From Lama guanicoe (taxonomy: Eukaryota): a stretch of DNA of 64,000 nt. The stretch lies in the NCBI GenBank assembly GCA_013239625.1, contig MU054391.1:4981824-5045823 (forward strand), in the 5' to 3' direction. Each line of letters starts with the position of its first letter. Within the stretch, counting starts at the first letter, position 1. Under the pieces are notes generated by a model, which did no database searches, was not told where the DNA came from, and was given only the letters and a program-made list of their open reading frames with translations. Positions 12,017 to 24,055 of this stretch are shown piece after piece. The translations under genes were made by a program, and so were the position numbers.

Positions 12017-12551
12017 TATACAGATACAGAAAAGCAGCACTGTGGCAGCACCGTATTTACAGAGTGGGCACCGAGATTCAGCGTGAGTCCCTAAGGATGC
12101 ATTCCTGGTCTACACCATCTAGTTCATAGCGTCCTTTTATAAGTCTCAAGGTTGATTCGGGATATTTTCAAAAATATGCTGCATGTGTGGTACCAACTGC
12201 AGGCTTAAGAAAAACAGGCAAATGTGAAAATAAAGCCCAACGTTGAAGGAACGAATACCAACTGAATGTTCCTGATGGCTGCTGGAAAAACTCCTTCCTT
12301 ACTGGACGACAAAAAAAACCCACCCCAAGTCACTGAAAAAGGGGAAAAGCAGGAGGAAATTGAGGGTAAAGTTAAACATTAGATCTTCAGTTAATCCATG
12401 AACTATGATTATGAGTGCCCAGCCACTCCACCCCAGCCGCCCATCACACCACAGAGGCGGGTTAGTGAGCGGCTGTCACCGCAGCTGAGACAGTCGCTGT
12501 GCTGCAGAAGCGGGAGGCGCCCGCGGCCCACACCACAAGGCACTCCATTAC

Positions 12552-12608
12552 CCTCGAGGAGCCTGTGGGCGAAGAAAGCCCCTCGGCAGCGTCCTCCTCG
12601 ATAACCTC
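12552..12608 (-). CDS. KIDINS220: Exon ~26 (cassette): EVIEEDAAEGLSSPTGSSR
   Basis: ttttgtgtcgctag|GAG ... AGG|gtaatg; 57 nt, phase 0-0. Confidence 0.95.
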
Positions 12609-13376
12609 CTAGCGACACAAAACGAGAGCGCGGGCGAAAGGAGAAGGGTGAGCCAAACGAGGGTGACGAATGGGCATGGTGTTAAAATAACAACACACAA
12701 CACACTGAAACCTGCGCGTGATCAGAGCTTCCCTTCAGTGATAACATTTTAAAATGTAAATGACAGTTTAAGTTCTATAGCTTTTGCCCCCTAATTTAAA
12801 AAAATTTATTAACAGGGAATTTCTTGTTTTAAATTGTTAAACTAAGTGTATCATCAGGAACACCTAAAATTTTAGGCACAAATGGATTCTGTTTTGGATT
12901 AGAGTCAATAGTACATTTGAATAATTTCCTTACCCTATTTAATTAATATCTGCTACTAGATCAAAATGTTCTTCCAATATATCCTCTAATTTTTATACCA
13001 TAGGGCTGGCATATATATATATATACACACACACATACATGAATACCACATATGTATGTCCTTTAAAAAGAAATTAGAAATTAGCAGACGTAAAGGTTCA
13101 GTTTTAAAGTCTGGTAACAAACAATACATTATAGGCCAGAAACTCTGGCTGTAAATAACCCATCATTTATTCCCTGAGGCTACTAATCATTTTCCTTCCA
13201 TAGATATTTACCAGAAATGAAAACAAAATACATTTTGTGTTAGTAATGGCTTATGTTTCTTAAAATTATTTATAAAATAAGTTGTGCTTTTATTACAGAA
13301 AGGAAATAAGCAAGCGTCTAATGCTGTCTATGTTTCTTATTAGATTAGTACTTTTGTTACCCTTTTTTATACTTAC

Positions 13377-13490
13377 TAGGCCATTGCTCTGATCTCTGGG
13401 CAAATTCGTTTTTACTGATGGACGTGAGATGAGATGTTGGGAACCGCCAGGGTAACACCTTGGCGTGTAAAGGTATGGGGCAAAGAATGG
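13377..13490 (-). CDS. KIDINS220: Exon ~25 (cassette): PFFAPYLYTPRCYPGGSQHLISRPSVKTNLPRDQSNGL
   Basis: ttctccatag|CCA ... CTA|gtaagt; 114 nt, phase 0-0. Confidence 0.96.
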
Positions 13491-15550
13491 CTATGGAGAA
13501 AACACGTAACAAAAGAAGGGGGTAAACAATTACAGAAATCAAAGTGTCATGAGATTTAGCAAATGAAACTAACCAATAAAAAACTACTCCAAGTTTTTAA
13601 TGCAAGTGACAAAACAAAAGCAAAAAAGTCTCACTCATATTCTGTAAGATATTAACCCAAGCTTAAGACATACCATTTAAAATTTTATATTAGTGATTTA
13701 ATATAAGCTTTTTAAAAAAAAAAAAACAACTAAAGTTTTGCACCTTACAACTTGACACAAGAGTTTCTCTTTACATTTAACATTTTTATGGGTTTACCAT
13801 GTGCCGTGTTCTAAGTGATTTACAAATAGTAACTCACCATCTCATGAAAAAAAGCTGAACAGAATCTCAACAGAATAGTATTCTTTACCAAAAAAGGATT
13901 AGCCTTACGTAAAACCAAAAACAGTCTCAATTATATGCGAACCAAACCCCTAGTGGATTCCAGGAGTCCTGGTTACTCTAAGTCCTGAAGTTTTCTTTGT
14001 ATTCTATACCCTAAGTTCACTCTATCTCCTAAAGTAGCAAGCATATTTTTTAAAGGGGAATCATTGTTTAGAGGAGGCCTAGAACTGTACCGTTTATTTG
14101 TAACCAGCTTCATGTAAACAGGAGCTATCCAATTATATGGGCTAAACATAAAAGATTAAAACACATTAACTGTTATTACACTGACGTAACATCTTCCCTT
14201 ACCTTTTTACTACTGCCATTTTAAGAAACTGTTCTGCTTTTAACTTTCAGACTAAAAACTTCAAATAACCTGAGCAAAAAATAATGACTTAAATACATGA
14301 GAAAATTTTTTAATGTTTTAAAAATAGCAAAATGCTATTAAAGCATCACTCATTGTTATTCATGTAAAAGTAGTCAACACAAGGTCTCCACCTAGATGGT
14401 ATGGTAATTAAAAAAAAAAACACTTCTTGGTCTCAAAACTTAAACTGTCATCTAATGATCAATGAGCCAGTTTATGTAAAACTACAGCAGATTTTAAGAC
14501 TGATAAATAAAACCCTGCAATTTCACACTGCCTACCACTCAGGTAAAGTTCACAAGGATGACATGCATTATAAAATGCTATTGCTCCATCTTTTTCTCCT
14601 TATCTGAGTAAAAGAATGGAATAACATTCATAGGATCTCTATAAATGATATACTAATTACATATATGGCCAACATTTCTCAAAAACTGAAAATTTAACTT
14701 CTAGAATTCCTTCTTTGCCATGTTTACTCTAAATTTCTCTAGCTTCCTAGCTCATATGAAATTTATACAGGCATGTAGTTGGCTTCTGTGAATACTAGCC
14801 CCTGTGTTTTCTCTAAAGAGGGAAATAACAAAAATAACGAAGTTGCAATGGATCTTAGAGTACAGTTCTAGAAAGTATAACACTAGGGGCGATGCTCCAT
14901 TTTCCTATAGGAAATATAGGAAATACTAGTATTTAAGACCATTAAAATGAGGATAACTTTATAGGGTCTGAATACCGCTGATAATTGCACTCTCACCTTT
15001 TGCAGTAGAAAATTATCATATTTATACTAAGTAAGTAATCATACATGACTGAAGATAACTCGAAATAAAACTCTACGGTGCCATGATTTGGAAATAACAT
15101 CTGAATCCTACAAGCAGTGTTTTCCATCATTATCTCACATTTAAAAGCTGTAACACATTTTATACACAGGCTGAACTACTGCAAAAAATCATCATTGTTT
15201 TAAATGCCAATGTAAATTAACAGATGGAGCATTTGTTTATAAAAAAACAGAAAAACAGATCCCTTTGAAGACAGGATAGTCACTGCTGACCCTGAAGAGC
15301 TCTCTTCCTTATCAGACAATAAATAAAAGCAAAAAAAAATCTCTAATATTCAGACTCAACTAAGACCTAGAACCTGTTAAAATTTAAACATTTCCTGATT
15401 TTGAAAATATCCTATTACGTTCAAACTTAACATGTTTTACCTTTTAAAACTAAGGCACAGTTTCAAAATAGTAACAGGCTCCCTAAGCACAACGCTTCGG
15501 GTATCTCCCCGCACAACGGTGCTCAGAGTGAGCCCCCAGCACCTCCTTAC

Positions 15551-15777
15551 CCTGTTGTAGAATGGGTGCTGGGGCCCCGTCATGCCACTGTAGTAGCTGC
15601 TGGGGGGCTGTGGAGACACAACCCCACCTCCAAACGGCCCATTGAAGGAAGCGGAGGAGGAACAAACGGACGGAGGCTGGCTGTAGCCCGACGGTGGCCG
15701 AGGGGGCGCTTCGTGTAAAGGCAGCGCGGGGTAGGCGAGTCCTCCGATGCTGATCTGGTCTCTCGCAGCGCGAACAT
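15551..15777 (-). CDS. KIDINS220: Exon ~24, proline-rich region: (D)[12 protein letters not shown]...PQHPFYNR
   Basis: ctttcag|AT ... AGG|gtaagg; 227 nt, phase 1-0. Confidence 0.98.
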
Positions 15778-16843
15778 CTGAAAGATTAACCGATGCCGCA
15801 GAAGGCAAAAGAAAACAGAACATCAGTAGTTAGTCCCACTGCCACCTCCTCCTTTAGTTACCAGATAGAAACATGACTTTATCGCTCTTGCCAGGGATTC
15901 CAACTGGCTTAAAGCAGCAGACAGGAAATCCTGACGCTCCACTGACATTCTGGAAAGAGAAGCTCAACAATTTTACAAACAAGCTTTTTCACCGTTTAAG
16001 TCACCAACATCTGGAGTCTTCTTTTCAGTTACTAGAACTGTAATTTTTCCTGACTTTTGAAGGTAGCTATTCGTTTGTACTATTCTAACAATTCTTATGA
16101 TTTGTAAGGCCTTGCTGATTACGAATAATTCACACCTGTGCAGTAAACGTCATGTCAGCGAGGACTAGGGGTTTGTAAACTACAGGAACAACAAACAACG
16201 CCACAGCCACAAAATACACCTCTGACAACAGCTTTGTAACAAGTACCTGAAAAATGTATGTAGGAGTATAAAGCTCTCTCTTCATAATTCCTGGAAAACT
16301 CAAAGGTGGGTGAGCAGCACCTGAATCATATGAAAGCTTGTACGCTTCAATAAGGATTTGTGCGTGTTCATGGGCAAACAGCAGTGACTCAAGAACAACT
16401 TAAATTATCCCAAAATCTTCATGTCACTAACCTCAAGTTCCAGTCCACAGATTTAAGCTAAAATTTTTAAAGTAATATTAATTTTCTTACTCCTCTGGAC
16501 AGAGATCCTTATTAAAGACAGAAGATTGGTGACAGAAAAATTACAAGGGACTGACATCTTCAAGTGGGGACTGGATGTTAAAAGGAGTCTGATTCCAAAG
16601 ACGGTTCCGGGATAGGCTGGGAAACATACTAAAGTCAATTTAACAAATAATGCTTTCCTACTGTTCCCAAAAGGAAGTCAAGACTGCCGAGCCCCAGTTT
16701 CATTAATTCTCCTATGCAGTGCCTGATTCAGTATTTCTTAGTTTTTCAAGGAACAGGAGAAACTTATATAATAGCTAGGTTAGAAACAGGAAAATTCTTT
16801 AGTACTTTAGAGAAGAAAAATCCAATTTATTACCAACACCCAC

Positions 16844-17022
16844 CTGCAATAATTTCCCGTAGTTTGGGGTCCAGATTTACAGTGCATGGCAAAAAGGTTT
16901 TTACATCTCGAGCCACAAGAACTGGAGTCCTTGAAGACAAAAACACTTCAAAATTTCTTATATCTCCATCTATTTCAAGCAGTGGCTCGACATCTTTAGT
17001 TGTTGGAATATTCTTTGATATT
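16844..17022 (-). CDS. KIDINS220: Exon ~23: (R)[16 protein letters not shown]...[10 protein letters not shown]
   Basis: tttgaag|A ... GCAG|gtgggt; 179 nt, phase 2-1. Confidence 0.98.
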
Positions 17023-17802
17023 CTTCAAATAAGAAACAAATGAAAATGGTCGTTAATGTCACTATTAAAAAGGCAAGTTCTGCATGTAACTTAAACATCG
17101 TTATTTATAAAGACAAGTAACACATGATAACGCCTTGCTCTCATAATGTTTTTTAACGAAAAGAAAAAAAGAATAAGTCAGTGGTATAGTTACAGAATTA
17201 CTAAGGGGATAAGTCTGAGGTAGAATTACACTGCCTTTTACCAAAGGTAGGACGTGGGCTCGGGAACCAGCGGAAGGGAAGTAACGCATGTCATACGCTA
17301 ATGGTTACCTCTCAGTGGAGATTAAATGAGTCATCATTTTACACATGTGAACAGTTGCCTCAGACACATGCAACAGCCTGCCTAAGTCACATGACTAGGG
17401 ACGAAAATCTGACTTCAAACTCTATGTTTATTCTAAAATACTATGGTTCTCGCCGTTACAAAGAAAAGAATAAAGAATAATTTTTAAATAAATCACTTAA
17501 ACTAGAAAAAAAGCACAGATTTTTCCTTTCTTAAAAAAGATTTATTTCCTACTGTAAAAGTAATCTATAGTTACTATTTAAGCATATATATATGACAGAG
17601 ACATACAGAAAAAGTGGGAAAAAACACATAATTCCACCACCCAGACACAACAGCTACTAATATAGTGTCACTTAGTCTATTTTTTATTATGCAGAATTTT
17701 TTACACAGTTGAATTTACATATGGAAATGATTTTGTATCAGGCAGAGGTCTTAAATGCAAAAACAAGTGATATTCACTGAAAATTTACTTAGTAAACACC
17801 TC

Positions 17803-17880
17803 TATATTGAACTGTCTGAAACTGCCATTTTTATAGGTCAAAATGGTCAAATACTGACAACTCCATAGGGTTCAACATAC
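17803..17880. mobile_element. MADE2-like mariner MITE
   Basis: About 80-bp imperfect palindrome ttgaac...gaaactgccattttt...ggtcaaaatggtc...gttcaac. Confidence 0.65.
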
Positions 17881-17989
17881 TACATGCCAGGCCATGTGCC
17901 GATCTGAGGCAGTAAATAAAAATACATCACAGAGAGATAAAGGAATGGAAAATGGCAAAGAGAAATTAAAAGACAAGCAGATGGATGAG

Positions 17990-18460
17990 AACACTGGAAT
18001 TACCCAAATATCCACTAACAACCCACATATCCACTAACAATGAAGAGAAAAGTGACTTGTGGTACCCTACTTCAATAAAAAGGAATGAACTTACTGATAT
18101 GTGCCACATGGATAAACCTCGTAATAAATTATGTTGAGTGAAAGAACATAGCAAATGAAGAGCACACAGTTCTATTTTTCCATTTACATAAAACTAGCAA
18201 GTGTAAACCGATCTATAGTGACAAAAAGAGGATAAGGGGTGCCTGTGCAGTTAGGGATGTGGGGGTGAAAAGCGACAGGGAGGGATTTCAAAGGAATAGA
18301 TGGCAACTTCTGGAAGTGACAGATAAGCCTGTTCTCCTGCAGGTGGTGGTGATTTGGGGGGTGTGTGTGTGTGTGTGTGTGTCTGTGTGTATACACACAC
18401 ACATATATAAACTTCAGGAATTGTACAATTTAAAGCTCATAAAGCTGTCTAAAAATCACT
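17990..18460 (+). mobile_element. Old L1ME-type 3' fragment containing a (GT)n microsatellite
   Basis: aataaaaaggaatgaacttactgat...acatggataaacctc...atgttgagtgaaag motif; (GT)n near 18361-18390. Confidence 0.6.
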
Positions 18461-20099
18461 ATAAATTTGGAGGCATCTTGAAAACACTCTATTCCCAATT
18501 AGTCAAGGAAATTAATTGTGAGATTTTACTGAGTCTAGTTTTAGAGAAGCAGTAAGATTTTCATGCCCTTCAAAAAAGTGAAGTGGGATCTTACTCTAAC
18601 CTTAGCTATTACAGTTACATTGTTTCTCTGGGACTAGCACTTCACTACGCAGGCCCAATACTAGGCTAGAAGCTATTTATTAAAAGCCATCTAAGGGCAA
18701 ATCCAGAGAACAAAATCAGCAGATGAGAAAAGAACAGGGTGCTGGTGAGACAACAGAGACAGGAATTTTGTCTGAAATGAATTTCAGGAAGTCCCTCTTA
18801 CGCACATACGCACACAAGAAGTCCTCTGAAATGGAATTACTTCTTAATGCATTAAACTGGCATTCAAACTGATTATTAAATATATCTAAAATGAAGTGCA
18901 AAACTTGGAGAACGGTTTCACAGAATCATCTGCAAAACTGGCCAAAATATCAGAGCTTAAACAGTTAAAAAGGTAGTTCATCTATTTCAGGAGTTTAAAT
19001 AAAACACTAAGAAGAGAAGCTAAAAAGATTTAGATAAAAACACACAGCTGACAAGTCACATGAAACAAATTAACTGAATTTTAATGCCAGCTCTGCTTAA
19101 GCTTGAATGTGAACAGTGTTCTCAATACGACGAACAATAGTGCTGTTCACAAGCCAACAGTCTACTGCTGGTTTCCAGATTGAAGTCTCCATTCTAACCT
19201 TCTGAGCTCAATACATTAAACTCTTCTACTGAAAGAGATATTTATGTAAATGATAATCTTTTGGCAGTGGGCCACCAGAATCATATGTGCCTTTATTTTT
19301 CAGATAGTTTTCCAAAGGTTAGTATTTAAAGAATTTAAGTAACTTCACTTTTCAATTAAGAGTGAATTTAAATTTCCAGTATTATGAGTCATGTGAATTA
19401 AAGTTGCCAGCAGTTAAATGGCCCAAAGAAAGCATTATAAAACCTCAGGCACCAGTGATCTCCCAGCAAGTCTGAATGCAATTTCTTTCTATGCTACCAA
19501 TCTAGCACCACTTGTCAATGCCAACATCAATGTAAGTTAAAAGCATTTTGATTATAAATGACAGTGGTTTATAGAAAGTCCATATTAATTCCTTGGCAGA
19601 AATTACGTAAGTAGTTCATATCACTTCCATTCAAAATAGGGTTTTAAATTACAAGGAAAAAAATCTATTTTAAATCAAAATATAAACAGGTTCTAGGAGC
19701 ATAATTTATGAAGAAGGCATTATTTACCACGCTTTGTCTAAAAGTAGCTGCCTAATAATGTCATTATTTAATCATAACAGGTTAAAATTATAATAAATTT
19801 TCTTTAAAAAGGGAAAACTTCTTAACTGCCTCAGAAGTTTATTACTTTGAAACACATTTCACTTCTAGTAGACTCTCAAACACTTTCTAACAGTTAAGTG
19901 CCCATTTGTTAAATACTCACTCTGTACAGAGCACTTCTGAGATCCTGGAAGACAGACGGAACACACAGACAAAAACAGCCACTCAGCATTGTTAGCCAAA
20001 GAGTCAGAAACCAAAGATAAAATGAAATCCATCAGTAAGTCCACTACTATCTGTGGACAAACAAAAACCCTGGGCACCTTAGGAGCTAACCACTCTCTC

Positions 20100-20430
20100 C
20101 CCATCTGTCTTAGCCCGGTTAATTCCTACTCATCCTTTGTCTCTCAGCTCAGCGCCCCCTCTTCATAGAAGGCTTCTGTGAAACCACACTGCATTCCTTT
20201 ATTACAAGCCCTCCGAGCTCATATGCTTTCTTGGATACTCATATCACGATTAGAATGCTACATTATTCATTAGTGTAACTGCTTTATTAATGTCTATCTC
20301 TCCCTCTCGATGATAAATGCCATTAAAGCTGAAAACAAGTTTGGTTTTTTTCACCATTGTATCTCCAGTGCCTAGTGCAGAATGCTGTCAGATCACTTTT
20401 GCTTAATAAATATTTGTAGAATGAATAAGC
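20100..20430 (+). mobile_element. L2 3' end
   Basis: tcaccattgtatctccagtgcctag...aataaatatttgtagaatgaat. Confidence 0.7.
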
Positions 20431-20541
20431 TACACAAAAAGTATTTTTCCCAAAGAATCCTTTTTTTAAAAATAATTTTCACCTTAATTATCCTTTCTGA
20501 TACTGGAAAAAACCTTGTGCTTGGAAAAGAGTACACTGACC

Positions 20542-22287
20542 CATTTTCAGTTAAGTTTTGTACACAGCGTGAGACAAAGGTCCCACTGCATTCTTCTGCA
20601 TGTGGAAACCTAGTTGTTCCAGCACCATTTGTGGAAGAGACTATTCTTTCCCTCACCTTGATACACTTATCAAAGCTCACCTGGCCGTAGATGCATGGGT
20701 TTACTTCTGGATTCTCAATTCTGTTCCATTGGTCTGTATGTCTACCCTTATGCCAAGGCCACAGTGTTTTGATTACTGTAGCTTTGTGATAAGTTTTAAA
20801 ATTGAGAAGTGAGAGTCCTCCGACTTTATTCTTCTTTTTAAAGATTGTTTTGCCTATTTGGAGTCCCTTGCAAGTGTGTATAAATTTCAGAATTAGGTTC
20901 CTGTTTCCAAAAAATAGACTATTGGAAAGTTCATAGGGATTGCACAGAATCTGCAGATCACTTTGAGTAATACTGACATCTTAATATTTAGTCTTCCTAT
21001 CCATGAACATGGGCTATCTTTCTATTTATTTAGAACTTCTGTAATTTAGGAAGGTTTTGTAGTTTTCAGGGTATAAGTCTTTACCTCATTGGCTAAATTT
21101 ATTCCTGGATATTTTATTCTTTTAGATACTATAGTGAGTAGAATTGCTTTCTTAATTTACTTTCAGATTGTTCACTGCGGATGCATAGAAACTCAACTGA
21201 TTTTTGTGTGTTGATCTGCACCCTGAAACTTTGCTGAATTTATCAGCTCTAGTAGCTTTCTTGCAAAATATCTGGGGATTTTCTACATACACGATCATGT
21301 CATTTGTGATTAGAGACAGTTTCACTTCCTCATTCCAACTGGATCCACTTATTTCTGTTCCTTGTCTAATTGCACTGGCTGGAACTTCCAGGATAATGTT
21401 GAATAACAGTAGCGAAAGCAGGTGTCTTAGTCAACTCAGACTGCTGTAACAGAATACCACAGACTGGTGACTTAAACAACATTTATCTCTCAGAGTTCTT
21501 TGAGTCTGGAAGTCTGAGACCAGGGTGTCAGCATGATCAGGTTCTGATGAGAACCCTCTCTCTGGTAGCAGCTAGCTCTCCGGTCCTTTTTATAAAGACA
21601 CTAAGCCCACCATAAGGACTCAACCCTCATGATCTCATCTAAATCAACTTACCCCCAAAGGGTAGAATACTATTACTATAAATGCTATTACTTTGGGGGA
21701 TAGGGTTTCAACATACGAATTTAGCGGGGGACACATTCAGTCCATAGCAGCAGGCATCCTCGTCTTGCTCCTGTCTTTAGAGAAGAAGCTTGCTGTCTTT
21801 CACCATCGAGAATGTTAGCTGTGGGTTCTTCCGTAAATGCCCTTTTACCATGTTGAGTAAGCTCCCATCTCCTCCCAGTTTTCTGCCTGTTTTTAACTAT
21901 AAAAGGATGCTGCATTTTGTCAGATGCCTTTTGTGCATCCTTTGAGTACTCTCCTGCAATCGTTTTTATTTCTGTAAGATTGGTGGTAACATCCACATTT
22001 ACTGATTTTAGTTATTTGTGTCTTTTTTTTCCTCTGTCAGTCTGCGAAAGGTTTGTCAATTTTGTTGATCTTTGCAAAGAAACAACTTTTGGTGTCATCG
22101 ATTCTCACTTATTTTTCCACTTCATTTCCTTCCACTAGCTTTGACATTTTTTAAATTTGTTCCTTTTTTTCTGGTTCCTCGAGGTATAAAGTCACATTAT
22201 TAATTTAAGATTTTTTCCTTTTTTAATGTAAGTATTTACAGCTATAAATTTTCCTGAGTGCTGCCTTTGCTGACTCCCATAAGTTTT
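20542..22287 (-). mobile_element. L1 ORF2 fragment, interrupted by an MLT1A LTR
   Basis: ccagcaccatttg and ttttgattactgtagctttg L1 motifs; ORF-track peptides such as ASDKMQHPFIVK resemble degraded ORF2p. Confidence 0.9.
21423..21749 (-). mobile_element. MLT1A-type MaLR solo LTR
   Basis: TG...CA ends (tgtcttagtc...agtccatagca); perfect 5-bp duplication gcagg at 21418-21422 and 21750-21754. Confidence 0.9.
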
Positions 22288-23829
22288 AATCACCCCTAAG
22301 ATTCTTATAAAAAGCATCCTGAAAATGATTCCATGAGTCACCTTCCATATTACGTTGGAAAGAACATTAGCCTAGGGGTCAGCAAGTGTCTTTCCTTGCT
22401 ACAGCTAAAGTAACAAAAGTAATAAAGGAATTAAAAGCTAAAAAAACTGTCCATATGCAGAAGCTGTGCTGAGTGCAAAACAACACTCAATGGAGCAAAG
22501 AACTTGTTAAAAAGAAAACAGAGGCATGTCCACGAGATGCTCAGAGCTGACTCTCAAGACAACAGTGTGCAGTGTCAGCAGTGCTCGCTTGTTGGAGCCC
22601 ACAGCGGTGCCGCTGCATCTCACCGGCATCCTGTTCGGTAACGGCACCAGGAAGCAGCAGCCCGCGGGGTCCCGGCGCCGCGCTGCGCACACAGCCCTGC
22701 CAGCCTTCAGGTCTGTGCGTTTGCTTCTGATTTCTAGTATTGAATGTGTTTGACTTACATGTTTAAGGATGGTCTAGAAGTACGTGTCCAAGTTGCCACA
22801 GAAATCACTGGCAGGGCTGACCAGTGTTACTCTTTGATTTACTAGAATAGCTTACTCTACATTTAAAAAAAAATTTCCCACTGAGGGTGTACATATCCAA
22901 GATGATCTGTCTGGCCAAAACATGAGGGCCCAAGATTACTTTTTTATACTAATGGAGGAAACATGTAGGTCTGCGATTTAAAGGAAAAGCATTTACACTA
23001 AAAAAGAAATAAGGTTGTTCAACTGACTAGGAAACATAGTATAATCAAAGTCTGACGAGGAAAACAGCGCTCCCTTTGAAGCTGTTACATAAACTTACTA
23101 CATATTTACATGTCAGATACTTCCCATTAAACGCAGTTTTCATAAAGGCAGTGATTTCTAGGAATACAATGCCTGTGTGAAATGCAACTTGGCTGCATTC
23201 TGAAACAAAAAACAGAGTATTTGCTGCAGTGACTTTCCTTAAATCCAGACTTGATGATCTCAGATAACTTAGAATAAGGTTATAGTGTTTGACAATTAAA
23301 ATTAAAATCAATGAGTCTTTTTAAAGGCATAAAAATACATTTAAAGGCTGGGTCACTTGTTAACGGTGTGTGATTTGGGACTCCAGCTTCCTTATTTAAA
23401 AGGGGCTGCAGCAGATTTCTAAGATCCTACCTAAGGAACCTCCAGATGCTCCCCACAGCCCTGCCACATGGGAGATGCTCTTCCTCTCAAAGCGATGAAG
23501 GAAAAGCACTGGCCTGCGCAGAGACGGCCCTTCCACGTCCAAGCTCCCTCGGTTTCTGGTGTGAAAATGAGACCCCTAAGCCTAAGCTGACTTGGCTATA
23601 AGGTTGTAATTTTGGGATGAGAAGGGATCAACAGGGAAGGTAAAAGATGAAACTCAAGCAAATAACTGAGAAAGCATCTGCCTAGGCTCACTACCACACG
23701 GACAAGGCGCTGCCTTCACTCACGTGTGTTACGTAAAATGTTCTGAGGAAGGTATCCCTTTCTTACATAAAACCTAATAGAAAGAATATTTAAATGTTGC
23801 AAAGTATTAAAGGAAAATTTTAAAAAGAA

Positions 23830-24055
23830 CTAGTATTTGTTGAATGCCTACTGCCTGCCATCCTTTGAGCCAGATATTTTGCTTCATTTATCTCTTTTCT
23901 ACCTCCCAGCAATCCATGAGATATTATTTCAGTTTTTAAAATTTGGAGACTGAGGCTCAGAGAGGTTCAGCAACTGGCCTGACGTCACCTGGATGTAAAC
24001 AGCAGATCTGGAACCTGTGCCAGCCGGATTCACAATCCTGTACCCTGCTCACTGC
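23830..24055 (-). mobile_element. MIR SINE
   Basis: Core motif ggagactgaggctcagagaggtt...gtcac. Confidence 0.75.

Noticed and set aside
16714..17043. 109-aa plus-strand ORF
   Set aside because: Antisense shadow of exon 23
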